Shown piece by piece: positions 30,674 to 48,495 of a DNA stretch of 64,000 nt. Source of the stretch: the human T2T-CHM13v2.0 reference genome, Homo sapiens. The position numbers were made by a program, and so were the translations under genes. Position 1 is the first letter of the stretch. The number at the start of each line of letters is the position of its first letter. A model generated the notes under the pieces. It did no database searches, was not told the origin of the DNA, and saw only the letters and a program-made list of their open reading frames with translations. The stretch is taken from assembly GCF_009914755.1 (NCBI RefSeq), contig NC_060927.1; one strand, written 5' to 3'.

Positions 30674-30746
30674 CTCCGTCAGGTCGCTGCTGGGAAGAAT
30701 GGCCAGGTCAGGCCTCAGGCAGCAGCTGTTCAGCACAGAGTTGTAT
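30674..30746 (-). CDS. ABCC5: ABCC5 exon 14 (73 nt; [10 protein letters not shown]...SDLTE)
   Basis: tccag|ATACAA ... GAG|gtacag. Confidence 0.95.
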
Positions 30747-30865
30747 CTGGAGGACACAAAGAGACAGCGTCAGGGACACGGCGGGAGCAGAGCCTGCTGA
30801 CTAGGGCTGCCTTGCATCTCACGCGGCCAAGATGGAAAGCATGACAGAAGCCAAACATTCCTTGC

Positions 30866-30990
30866 CTTTCTTCATCATATTCCTTCCCAAACAGGATGTT
30901 GTCTCTCAGAGTAGCATTGAGGATCCAGGCCTGCTGGGCCACATAAGCGAAGGTTCCACTGATTGCAATGCTGCCCTCTAGAAGCGTCAT
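30866..30990 (-). CDS. ABCC5: ABCC5 exon 13 (125 nt; MTLLEGS...YDEER, Q-loop), GC donor
   Basis: ccctag|ATGACG ... GAAAG|gcaagg; the frame requires this junction. Confidence 0.93.
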
Positions 30991-33182
30991 CTAGGGAGAG
31001 AGACACCATCCAATGGCATCATAACTCAAAACCATCACCCTATGCCAACGGAACCCCCACCTTCCACAATGGAATCTAGCTCTGGTAATTTCCCGGGATG
31101 CTTTTTGGACCCAAATCCAGATTCCACCTTTAATTCCAAAGAGAGCTAAGCAGCAAAGAAAATCAAAGTTCTCCTTGCTTATGTGTGATGGGAGCTCAGC
31201 ATAACCCATAACTTGAAGGCAAACACTTCCCTCTGCAGCCCATTTGCTGTGTGCAAACTGTTTAAATTAGGAGAAGCACAAGCAAGAGGTTCTTGCAGAA
31301 TTCTCCTGGAGAGGATGCTGTAGGGGTTTCCAGCTAATCCCTGCCTCAACATGGGGGCAGGCCAACTCATCCAAGGCAATTACCTAGGATGCTGGCTAGA
31401 CCAGTTGCTTCTATGAAATGAGGACCAAGGGAAAAAAAAAGTCCAGGTTAGACATCACCTAGTATTTATAATATATACACAGTGTCCATTTACCAATGAT
31501 GGACCTTGCCTGCCCACAAGCAGTGATGAACCATGTGCTTTGAAGTTTGTGTTCAGTTGCAATGGTTTGATATGAATTGACTTATCCATTTTACCCCCTT
31601 CCATGATTTCTTTTGTTTGGGACTGATAGTAGACATTTGTCTTGGTTTAGGGATGCTACAGCTTTGAAGCAAAGTTTCACTAACCAGCCTGTGCAGTACT
31701 TGTTCATATAAGCTGGTCTTCTCAAACACCCTCACACAGCGTGTACACACACAGGTGTACCTACGTACACCACAAACTGGTAGCATTCTGATGTGCACTT
31801 CAAAGGGTTCAGAAGTCCCCAGGGGGTCTACTGTGGAAAGCCGGCACTTCTGGCTGCTGCACAAACACCGCACATTGCAGCGCTATCAACAGATGTAAAC
31901 TACAGTTAAAGCAGGGCTGACCAGCCCAACCCGTTTCCCTGCCAGAGACAGGGTTGCCAGGATTTGTCCAGAAGCAAAGCCTGACTTGGTTTTCAACCTA
32001 ACCACTGCCTAGTCAACCCTGGAAAAAGGAGCACATTGCTAGATGGCAGAGCAGCACTTACGAATTGACCTTTTCTTTCCTTCTCCCCCTCCCCCCATCT
32101 CTGTCTCTCCTCACTGGCCCTCCAAATCTGGTTGGTCATCATAAATCACCTAGGAAGTCTGGTGCTTTTTACAAGACCAATGGCTGGGCCCAGCCACTGG
32201 AGAGTGTCATAAAGCAGAAGGTGGAGGTGATGCCTGCCATGATCTGACTCAGACAGCCCCAGGCACCACCACCCTCAAGGAGGACCACAACTCACCAACT
32301 GTGACAGCTGATGCCAAACAAGACAAGAAAGCATTCCATAATCTGGGGGCTACAAAAGCACCCCTGCTCCCCCTCTGTTTCATTTCAATTCAGTGGACCT
32401 TATCCATCAGGGTGTAGAGATAATCATAAGTTTATGCTCATCTCAACCATCTAAGTCAAGTTAATTTAATTCTAATGTAAAAGCATGTGGGCACCTTGTT
32501 TTTTTTTTTTTCTGGATTGTTTGATTCTAAAACACAGCAATGATAGTGTGTCTCAGTGGGATGACTCCGGCCCCATCCTGTCCCTCACTCTCAGCACTGG
32601 CCACCGTGTGCTGGGCCCTGCACGCTGTTCACTCCCTGCCTGGAGATGTGCTTGTTGTGTTCTCAAGGCCTTGCTCCCCACTGGACCATGAACTCCCCAA
32701 GGGCATGACTCTTTCAGGGATTAGGCAGAAAACAGAGGGGCTTTGCTTCTAGATCAAACCCTGACAGTCCTGTCTGACAGAGAGGCTGGGAGTGCTGGCC
32801 GCCCTGCTTCTTTACAGGTTAACTCTGTTGGCAGCGCTGCAGTGTAGGGTGTCTGCTCATCTCTCATCTCTGACATTTTCAATACACGGGCATACCTGTG
32901 GCACTCAATAGATACATGCTGAATGAAAGAAGGCATGAGACCAAATGGCTCCAGCTGGGACAACAGTCAGTCATCCATCAGGCGCCCACCAGGCCTCCTT
33001 CCAGGCAGAAGGCTGTGAAGGGGGAGAACTGGGGGGAACTGCGGGGGATTGGGGGCATACAATGCAGGCTGAGGGTTCATTTGTTTCCACCTTTCCTGAC
33101 TCTCCAGGAAATTTGTTCGTTTTTCCTGAGACTCTTGCAAACCAGAGAAAGCAGCAGAAAAGGACAATAACAAAAATCTTAC

Positions 33183-33254
33183 CTGGCCTAAAATGGCTGA
33201 AATGAGAGAGGTTTTTCCACTTCCCACACTGCCGCAGATTCCAACCAGTTTACC
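33183..33254 (-). CDS. ABCC5: ABCC5 exon 12 (72 nt; NBD1 Walker A GSVGSGKT)
   Basis: tccag|GGTAAA ... CAG|gtaaga. Confidence 0.97.
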
Positions 33255-33610
33255 CTGGACAAGGCACACAGAGAGGAGGGTCATTTAGAGACTACTAACC
33301 ACTCATCGCTAAGGACTTGAGGAAAAACACATTAACTGTAGTCTACCCATACAGAACTGTCACCCTGATGACTCAGCAGGCCACTTACCTGTTTTCTCAC
33401 TCATTAGCTGCCTATCTCATGGGTTTCTGTGGAGACACCTGAGATAACAGGAATGGAAGCCCTTTGGGGAAAGTAAATATGCCGCACACATTCCAGTATC
33501 CCACCGTCATTCTTAGGCCCAGCCTCTTTCCTATTCTGCTGCTAACCCATGTTCTTCATTTACTTGTTTTTGTCATTTTTTAGAAGACAGGGCAGGGCTT
33601 TTAAAAATCA

Positions 33611-33897
33611 TTTTATTATTATTATTATTATTTTGAGATGGAGTCTTGCTCTGTCAACCAGGCTGGAGTACAGTGGTGCGATCTTGGCTCACTGCAGCTT
33701 CCGCTTCCGGGTTCAAGCAATTCTCCTGTTGGGGTTACAGGCATGCACCACTACACCCAGCTAATTTTTATATTTTTAGTAGAGACAGGGTTTCGCCATG
33801 TTGGTCACGCTCGTCTCAAACTCCTGGCCTCAAGTGATCCACCCACCTCGGCCTCCCAAAGTGCTGGGATTACAGGCATGAGCCACCACGCCTGGCC
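33611..33897 (-). mobile_element. Alu flanked by a 75-bp direct repeat
   Basis: Alu consensus; flanks 33545-33619 and 33898-33972. Confidence 0.9.
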
Positions 33898-34899
33898 ACC
33901 CATATTCTTTATTTACTTGTTTTTGTTGTTTGCCAGAAGAGAGGGCAGGACTCTTAAAAATCATTTTATTATGATTTTTCTCCAGGGTGTATACATAATT
34001 AATTTTCAATAAAAACCATGGACACTGTTGCATGCAAAACATTTCCAAAAATCTGAGGAATATTTATACCATCAATCCCACAAAAAAGTAGAACACCAAG
34101 TCTATGATTAACTGAGTATCCTTAGGCAAGATAAAGAGTTCTCAAAGTGGTGTTGAAAGTTTTCAAGGGACAGACAGATGACTTCAAAAGGGTCACTTGT
34201 TTACAACCCCGTGCCAGTTCAAGTGTCCCCAGGAAGGAAGGGAGAGTGGTAGTGTGGACGGAGCATGGATTCTGGAGGCAGATGGGTCTTTATCTAAATC
34301 CCAACTTCACTAGCACTTGCTAACTGTGTGATCCAGGCCCCGTGACTTAACCTAATACTGTGTCTGTCTCCTTCTTTGGACTCTGAGCACCTTGAGGAAA
34401 GGCAGTATCCTCATAAAACTAAGTACAGTGTCTGATAGTTGAACAAATAGTTTTTGACATGGTCCACGAGTACTGAATGGTTTACTGCCTGGTGGCAACA
34501 AGGAGGTCAAGTCACAGGTTCAACCTCTGCTCAGGCCAGTTAGATTTACATGAGAAAAATGCTATTCTTATGATTAAATGATGACTAAATGAGACATCAA
34601 AAATGAGAAAAATGCCTGGTGCACAGAAGACACTTGGCAAACATTACCTCCCCTTCTCTTCCCTAAAGCAAAGGCCCAGGGAGAATTAAGGCATCTCTCT
34701 TCAAATGGCTAAAGGTCTCCCATTGTCTGTGGGCTCTGAAGGGCAAAATGAGGGTCAACATACAAAGCAAAAGAATACATTTTAGCTGCACGTGTGGAAT
34801 CATTTTCTAATAGAGCTGATAGCAATGTATTAGAGCTGCCTCAATAATCAAGCTAATAGTTACTAAATAAAAAGCCTGTTAGGCGTTAACTGAAGTAAG

Positions 34900-35244
<345 letters not shown>

Positions 35245-35449
35245 TCATAGTTTCAAGTGGTGTCACTAAAGACTGTGTCCCCTTCTTGCTCATAGCTTTT
35301 AAGGGCTGGAAGCTTTTTGTCCTCTTCTCAGTCTAGTTCTGGATTGGCTTACCATGCCTCTGGTCAGTTGCTGATTTTCATATACACTGCATTCAAACCT
35401 CCTCCCTACTTCCAGTTACATGGACAAACATTTCTTACTACCTCCCACC

Positions 35450-36430
<981 letters not shown>

Positions 36431-37050
36431 TATACACATCCAGGGCCCTCTAATGACACGGACCTGTGAATATGGTGCTGGTTCCGAAATACATAGTCTG
36501 TATTTTAAAAGCCTTGAACCTGGCATCTCTGTTCCACCATTCCCTATAGGAGGCCCTCTGAGACTAATCTTGTGCTACCTGGGCTGTGACATCATCTACC
36601 GTTAACGATCCTTAACTTATATTAAGAATAAATCATTACAACACAAATGTTGTCACAGTAGCACTGAGAATACCTATCATGTGCCAGGTATGATGCACAG
36701 CCTAGTGCACAAGGGCGCTCACAGACTTGTAACAATCAGAAATAATTGTCACAGCTCACATACAACTAAAATAGAATCCTCTTTGGGGAAAAATCCTGGA
36801 AAATCCTCTTGAATGTTTCATTTCCTTGCTTATAAAACGATCACCTCATAAGATTAGTTGTTATTCATTTCTGTTGCTAAATGCTTAGTTGGTTTTTTTT
36901 TAGAGTTAGAGCTGGTCTAATTTGCTCTTTAGTTCAAAATCACTCCTAGCCACAAAGCACTTTGTGAAAAGGAACAGCAGCCGCCTATTGGTGGCAGATC
37001 AGCATGGGGTGGTGGGGTGCGGGCAGGGAGGCAGGGGGCGGACCACTTAC

Positions 37051-37407
37051 CTCTTGGATCTCCAGATCGATGCTGTGCAGTGTCCTCTGTAAGCGCAGGT
37101 GGCCCAGGTGGATGTGCTTGCCTTCTTCCTCTTCGGGACTGGGCCGCTCGTCACTGTCCAGGAGGAGGTGGCCTTTCTGCTCTGCCAGCACCGCCTGATG
37201 CTCAGTGCGCTGCAGCTGCCTCACCTTCTCTTTCTTGCCCCTGGAAGCCCTCTTGTCTTTTTTCATTTTGGGGGTCAGCTTGGGCGAGTTCTGGATACTG
37301 GAGTGGGAGGAGTCCCATGCCAAGGTGGCATTTTTCATCTCTATCTTGATGTGAGGACTGGCTGGTTTGTTCTTTATCATGTGAACCTCTTCCATTAGAA
37401 ACAAACT
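37051..37407 (-). CDS. ABCC5: ABCC5 exon 11 (357 nt; SLFLMEEV...IDLEIQE, includes a charged insertion at the start of NBD1)
   Basis: atcag|AGTTTG ... GAG|gtaagt; ORF 36985..37434. Confidence 0.97.
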
Positions 37408-38140
37408 CTGATAGGAGTTGTGAGAGAGGTGCAAAGATGAGACACTGGATCAAGACCAGGGAGACAAGCCTAGGGCGTACACTCACGTAGCAAAACACAT
37501 CAGGCTATACAGTGGAAGGAAGCTGAAGGGCAAAAGGTAGCTCATTAGTGCAGCCCAATCTCAGGCCCATCAAGGGGTCACGGGAGTGTGGGGCAACCTC
37601 AAGAGGTCCAGGGGCCTTATCAATGACCCAATATTCCACATGACAAATTACATGCTAAACTGCCTTTCCCCCTCAGCCAGCCTAAAGCGGACCTAATGAC
37701 ATTTAACTGACTGGCACGTAGCCCCTTGTTCTAAGGAGTAGTAAAAAGCAGGTAGGAAAAGCAAAGGGCATGCTGACCTCCAGTACAGATGCTCACTACG
37801 TGTTTTCCTTCCAGACCCCTCCTGCAGAATGCCAAAGCCTGCCCACTTCCCACACTCACAGCGCCGCATGTATCTAGGAGTAGAGACTGTCACAGGCTTA
37901 CATTGCTACCGTCAGAAAAGAGTATCTAAAGTTTCATCTACCGCAGAGAACATCTTCTTGCCAAGAAACTCTCATGTCTTCAAAGCCTTGCCTTGGAACT
38001 TGAGAGTTCAAACAACCAAAGGAACAGGCTTGCATGGAAGTGAAGGGTATCTCCCTGAGAAACAACCCTTGGGAAGAGAACAAGACACTTTCCTCCCACT
38101 CATTCCCAGAGACCCCTGAGTTATGTTAAAAGAAAAATAA

Positions 38141-38831
<691 letters not shown>

Positions 38832-39748
38832 TTCTAACAATCCTCTTAAGCCAGTGATCTTCTCTACAGAATGCTATACCAGTTGGATTCACAGTATGAT
38901 TTAAAATATATTTATCTTAATTTAAAAAAATTTTAAACATTACAAAATCTTTAGAGAAAAGATAGCTTTTAGGGTCAGGACCCTCCTTAGTTACTGAGAA
39001 CCCCCCAGCTATCTTAAAGTTTGCAGGTGCTATTAAATATCATACATAATCCCTCTCCCCAAAAACAAACCCTTTCTCTCTTAGATTCTAAACTTCTAAG
39101 CTCTCCCTTAAGCCCCCGTCTCCCATTCATCCCTGATCCTATCTTCCCCGAAGTGTCATGATTCTAAACTTCTGAGATAATCTTCACTCTCGAGTAACCT
39201 TAGGTGTGGCCCCCGCTTGCTGAAATGGCTGCTGCTTTCATTTGTTCAAAGCCTTCCTGAGAGATTGAACTAAGAGTAACATGCCAAACATTTTGATCAC
39301 CTTCACAGAGTAAAACCACATGCCGACAGAATTTCCATCATTTCTCTCCCCTAAAGAGTTATTCAAAGGATGAAGGTCTTTTAGGCCTCAATGAACTATT
39401 AAGAAACATGCCAGTACCTACTGGTTTTCACAGCTCCAGCCCCATGTTTCCTTCCTACTCCCCGCAGCCTTACCCTCCCTTCTACCAGGAGAGTTTCGGC
39501 TTCAGATCACTCTGCCCTGACGTGCTAAGAGGCAGAGAAGGGCCTCCCCATACTTGAACTTGTATCTACTTGAATTTGCACCTGTCAGAACAACAGAATC
39601 TTAGATATAACATAAACCTATAACCATATAAACCTATAAACCATAAGCCTCAACTTTATCACAGGACACTGACCATGAAAACACTATTCATTCACTAGAA
39701 GAATCAAATCAGAATGAATCTGTTGAGAACAGAAGAGGGGACTACTCA

Positions 39749-40208
<460 letters not shown>

Positions 40209-40818
40209 TTCCACTGGTGACAATCAGTGCAGCTTCACACTGCCTTTCTACAGGTTATCAAATCAATAAATTACAGGTTACATAAATAAATTTTATATCT
40301 CTTTTCCTATTCTTTATGCATACTACCCAACAGGAAGCAACAAGTTCTCCTGCCATATGCACTTGCAGGGTAGGTGAAATAGAGAAAAGACTATACTTGC
40401 AAATCTGTCAGATCTCCAACTCCAATTTAAAAAAGAAAGAAAGAAAATGATGTAAAACAAGACACAGGGTGAAAAGCAGGGCTCTGCAACATCGTCAGTG
40501 AGTTTCAAGGTCTGTAAAATGAATCAAAGAAGCAAGTCTCATCCTTGTTATTCTATATTCCATCTTCTAAAAATGATGAGAGGGCAGATGCTTTTGGGGA
40601 GATACAATCCCAGGAACAGTTCTGTTGTTTTCAAAAGGCTGCCTTAGATGGTCCCCCAAGATTGAGGCAAACTTCCTTTAACGTACTCAGAAACATAATA
40701 AACAGTTGCCTTACACCTAAAAAACAGCCCCCCAACCCTCATAAAGTCAATGTAATTCTAATTAATAGACATCTGAAGATAAGAAGAAAGAACCGGCTTA
40801 GAGTTCGGGAGGAATTAA

Positions 40819-41131
<313 letters not shown>

Positions 41132-41648
41132 ATAAATACTTGTTATCTTGTGCCAAGCATCTAATTAAAAAAAGAATAACAAGGAAAAAAAGAGACTGAG
41201 ACCACCAAGAGAAGTAAGATAGAAGGGGTCTAAAGTCTCATGGGGCATCAAATAGAGCTGTGGGTGGTGCTGCTTCTACTATTAATTCTGAGGCTTCCTG
41301 GAGAGAGGAGGGACCTATGATGTGAAAGCCACCTGCTAATCCAAGTCCTCACTAATAAGCAGGAGATGAGAGCCCTCGAAAAACAAGGGGAGGACCAACC
41401 TACACTACATGCCCTTACTTTATCCAAAGTGCTACCAAATCCATTCACTAACAAGAATATAGAAATGAACAGCAGGGAGAACTTATGGTCAAACATTTGC
41501 TTTCATCCACGACTGGTTATTGCGGATTCAGCAAAATAAAGCTCTGAGTCCCATTAGGCCATTTTTTTTCATATGACTCAGCTCTTGGTTTTCTAAGAAG
41601 TGGCCACGTTGGGGTGGGGGAGGGGCACATTCGAAGACTAGCTTTCTT

Positions 41649-42043
<395 letters not shown>

Positions 42044-43005
42044 AGGACTAGCTTTCTTGACCAAATAAAAGTCACCCGGTCAACTGTAAACAAGTAGAAT
42101 ACAAACAAATCTCGGGAACTGAGTTTCCATGTTTCTTAAGAAGAAAATCCAATTTGTTTTCTCCTGAACCTCCAAGATGATTATATTCATCCCTCAAACA
42201 TGTGAGCTTCAAGCCTTCACATCACCAAAATTGCTTTCTTATTCCTCTCACTGGCCAATAAAGACAAGCAGGGACATAGGAGCTAATCTATGCAGTGGCA
42301 ACGTCAAGGAATTCCAGCCCACATGGCATCCCTTTTTTTGTTAAGTATTAACCACTATCAAATATCTATTTCTCTCCACCCTCCCAAATATACTCCCTTT
42401 TGTATCATGTATGTGTAGTATTCTGAAGGAACAAAGAACACAGCCAAGGTATGATCAACTAACCACCTGCAAGAAAAGAAGCTGAGACTTACTTAACTGC
42501 ACTTCTCAACATGACCTAGTTTTATGACTATTTCCATGTAACTGCTTTCCCTGCATCGTGAGTAGCACCACAGGGCAGGAAAAAGAAAGTATCAAAAAGG
42601 ATTCAGCATGTCAATCAATCAAAGTGACAGTAGCAAAGATCAAGGGGAAGATGCCCCACAGTGCTGGTCTTCTAGGTTTAAGCCACTTCAAGGCCCAGTG
42701 AGTTGCGACACATCCATGTCAGGCCCAGGTGGAAGGGGCTAGCTCTAAAGGGGAACTCTGCAATCCTGGGAGCCCAGATCATGGCCGTTCACAAAAGGTA
42801 AAAATTCACATTAATTAAAAAAGGTGACAAGTCTCATCCCTCAATTCAGTCTCCTCCACTGCCCCCTTTTTCTTACCAACTTGCCAAAAGGCCAAAGCCA
42901 AGCTTAAGCCCAGTGAGGCCAGCCTGGGTGGCCCCTTGAACAGAGCCAGCAGTTAGTTGTGTGGGGAGGGCTCCTGACACGGGGGCAGGGGAAGGAGCCA
43001 CTTAC

Positions 43006-43113
43006 CTTAAATCTGTCAACAGCCACTGAGGCTTCTGAGAGGGACTTTACTGAAAACGGTGTTACTTTCAAAGCAAAAGTCATGGAATTGAAGACTGTCA
43101 CCACTGTGAAAGC
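43006..43113 (-). CDS. ABCC5: ABCC5 exon 10 (108 nt; AFTVVTVF...AVDRFK)
   Basis: tttcag|GCTTTC ... AAG|gtaagt. Confidence 0.97.
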
Positions 43114-43182
43114 CTGAAAATAGGAGAAGAGAAGAAACTGTGCCTAATGATGCTATGCAACTGAAGTAACCTGACACCATGA

Positions 43183-43941
<759 letters not shown>

Positions 43942-43990
43942 GCAAATGTGGTATTTCTAAAATGTTCCCCATCCCTGAGGGTTCCCTGAC

Positions 43991-44139
43991 CTGTGCTGCT
44001 GTCAGATCGAAGCCCAGGGTCATATGAACAGAGAAGGTCACCACGCTGGCAATCACCACCACAATGGGAGCCACACCCACAGTGATGCTCTGGAAGTACC
44101 CGGCTTTTTCCAATATCCGACGCTCCTCCTCGCGGATTT
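43991..44139 (-). CDS. ABCC5: ABCC5 exon 9 (149 nt; KIREEERR...DLTAAQ)
   Basis: catag|AAATCC ... CAG|gtcagg. Confidence 0.96.
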
Positions 44140-44548
44140 CTATGAATAAAAAGCAAGCCAATTTCAAAGCAAGTTAAAAGAAGCCTAGGGATGTTGTTCC
44201 TCCACCTCCAAACAAGACTCTGTAGGTCTCCAGCCACCCTTCAACACCTATGACTATCAACTCTACCACTAAAGCTGGTATAAAAGGCTGAGGTTTGAAA
44301 TGGATCAAGTGACAGGAATGAATCTAACAGAAAGCAGTCACTATGTATGAACTCAATCATCATCTTCTATGATACCTTTTTCTGATTCTTCTTGTAAATT
44401 TCTTAGGTTGAGAAGGAATGAACACATTAATTGTATCTATAATTGGCAGTTGTGTTTGCTTACCTGGTTGTTGTTGACTTTTTGCCTAAGGAATTAATAG
44501 GAAAGACAACACAATGGCACTGGAGAATTAAAAAGGGAGGGACTAAGA

Positions 44549-44848
<300 letters not shown>

Positions 44849-45036
44849 GGGGCAGTGGGGAGGGAACTAACATTTCCCAGAGTGCCTGCTGTATGTTGGC
44901 AGTGGGATAGAAGCTTCCATATAAAAATGCAGTAATGACAACCGGAAGAAGATAGGTGAAATACAATTTCTATAGGCAGAATGATTTTTCTTAAATATTT
45001 GCAAAATCAACCCCCATATTAGCAAAGCAACCATAG

Positions 45037-45661
<625 letters not shown>

Positions 45662-46197
45662 AAATACTTAATTCTTCTAAGAGGGTATACACTGACCTTA
45701 AAGGTATTACCACTGCCTAAGGCATTGGGAACTATCTTCACAGCTAGCTTGTAAGTCACATAAAAACACTGAACTCCTTACTTGAACATGTATTATACAC
45801 CTTGGCCATGTCTATAATGAGTAAGAACACTCTTTTCAAATTAATACATACAGGTAAAGATAACCAGTCAGGGGCTGATGGATGAGGGAAATTTCAGAAA
45901 AAAGATCATAAAACTACAGAATCAGAGAGCCAGAAGGGACCAGTGGCAGCCATCCTGCCATCAACCTGCTGGCAGATGTCCATTCAGAATCCATTTGTTC
46001 CACTCTAGTAGAAACAAACTCACTGCTTAACAAGGCAGCCTCGTCCACTGCTGGGCACCTCTTGAGTGCTCATCTCCTCTGGATGCTTCTTAGCTTAACA
46101 GCCCTCATAAATCAAATGTAGATTCCAGAATTGGACATCATGTTCCTGAAGGTTACTCAATGAAAGGAAAACAACAGCTGCCTTGCTCTGAACACTG

Positions 46198-46501
<304 letters not shown>

Positions 46502-47214
46502 TGAACACTGTATTTCTACTCCAACTATAATGCATTGACTGTTTCACAGCACTGGACTCAGCTCCTGATGAGGTTATGGTCCACCAACAGCCTCATCTCT
46601 TTTATTTAAATTAAGTATCTATGTGTTTGTTTTTAATTATCTCCTACTTAAATTTCACCTGTTTCAAGGCACACTGGTTCAATTTGTGTTGAGATCTTTC
46701 TGAATGCCCCATCTGTGCCATTTCTCCTAGCTTTGTGGGCACTTACACGTTTGACAGAGCTAGGACCAGCATCCAGCCATCCTGACTCCCAGTTTACCTC
46801 AAGGGCCACAAACTATTTCCCGTGAAACCACAGAGTAGAGTGGGCAAAGGTGATGCTCTCAGTAGTAATTTGATATTGTCTTCTGTGAAAGCCTCATGAC
46901 CAGGCTGGAAAATCATGGGCAGGATGAGAATATACACAGGGGGCTTCGAAACTGGATTATTCCTAACTAGCTGTGTTTTAACTGGGAAAAATCAACATTT
47001 TCCCAGGTCTCAATTTCCTCATCAGTGAGATGAGGTTATGGGTTCAAACCTCTAAGATCCCTTTTGAACACAAAGATTCTATGATATTATGTCCTACGAT
47101 ACTAGACACTAGTCCTAGTACGTAATGTGCTCAGAAAGCAAAGTGTGTGAATTATAAGACCCAAAGAATCCAAGGTCCTTCTACCACATGCACATACAAA
47201 ATCTTTAAACTCAC

Positions 47215-47362
47215 TCTGAACACTCTGAGAAAATGCTTTGACCCAGGCATACATTTTGATAAATTTAATGTAAGTAAGAACTTCATTCATCTTCTGGACA
47301 CGTTCATCCGTGGCGGCCACGCATTTTCTCCTGAAATATGCTGTGAGCCGTGATGCAAACAT
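47215..47362 (-). CDS. ABCC5: ABCC5 exon 8 (148 nt; MFASRL...FSQSVQ)
   Basis: tttcag|ATGTTT ... CAGA|gtgagt. Confidence 0.96.
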
Positions 47363-47938
47363 CTGAAAGGAAAAGCGATGCCACGCCAAATTAAAGCTCA
47401 TTCAAACTTGAGAACTACCTAATCTGCTTAAGGTCATTCTCAATAAAATGAGCATATAATCCTGCTTGCTAGGATGGGCCCAATGTTATGTAATCGTACT
47501 GTCTTTAATAAAAGTGACCTATTGAATTGTAATAAAACATTACTGAATTCTTATCTCTTTATAAGGCAATGAAGACAAGAAAGTATTTATTCTCAATAGT
47601 GACCACAGAGACTGAGTGCTTCCAAAGGGGAGGCAGGAGGGCCCTATCACTTAGCACCAACTCCAACGCAGTGACTCAAACACTCCTATGTCAAGTGGGA
47701 CAGGGTTCACCAGCTGACCTTCTCATTCAGACTCTCTTTCATGCAAGTGACACCTTACCTCCTCTCAAGTCAAAATTCTGTCCCTATAGAGCAAGCACTA
47801 TCGAGCTCTAGATTGAACCTGCTTTGAGGAAATTTCCAATCAGAGCTGTGAGACCTCAGCAATGCCTACTATAACCCAATGGAAGTAACTCATCTCCTAA
47901 GGAGAAGCTGTCAGGATTCAGCTGGGAGGCTTACTCAC

Positions 47939-48112
47939 CATTGCTGGGTAAAAGAGGATAAAAACAGCTGATCCCAGGAAGCCTGTTGGTCCCAGAATAA
48001 TTACATTATAAATCATGCCTAAGATGGCAACAACGGGTCCTCCAGCCAGCAGGCTGCCAACGGCTGCTGCCTCAAACATTCTCTGCCCATCGTTGGAGCA
48101 AATGTTGATGAG
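47939..48112 (-). CDS. ABCC5: ABCC5 exon 7 (174 nt; LINICSND...LFYPAM)
   Basis: tatag|CTCATC ... ATG|gtgagt. Confidence 0.96.
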
Positions 48113-48261
48113 CTATAAGATACAAAGAGTAGTGAGGGGACCCTGCAAGGACACGGTTCATTTGTCTCAGGAGGAAGATAAAGGATAAGGCAGGGCCCTA
48201 GAGGAATGAACCTCAAGCTAGGAAGTTGCTCTCTGCTGTGAAGCAAACACCCCTCACTCAC

Positions 48262-48495
48262 CTCACCCAGGGATTTCTCTTTAATGTTCTTTAACTTAAG
48301 GATCTTCTTAAATGCCATGGTTAGGATGGCCCCCCGCAAGCGGACACCGGTTCGGTAATTCAATGCCCAAGTCAGTGCAAGCGACCAAGACCGCACGATT
48401 TCCGTCAGGAGGAGGCCCAGCACTAACAACAAGCTGTACTGCAGGTTAGACTCTGTTGCCTGGGTATACTCCAAGAGGTGTTTCACCATGAAGGC
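48262..48495 (-). CDS. ABCC5: ABCC5 exon 6 (234 nt; AFMVKHLL...EKSLGE)
   Basis: ctgtag|GCCTTC ... GAG|gtgagt. Confidence 0.97.

Noticed and set aside
37860-37873. Possible 14-nt micro-exon (ctcctag|ATACATGCGGCGCT|gtgagt)
   Set aside because: The exonic side of the donor is weak, there is no clear branch point, and it is very short. It is much less convincing than the 37487-37522 candidate.
39605-39650. Short ataaacc(t)at-like low-complexity repeat
   Set aside because: Only about 45 bp and degenerate; ordinary slippage.
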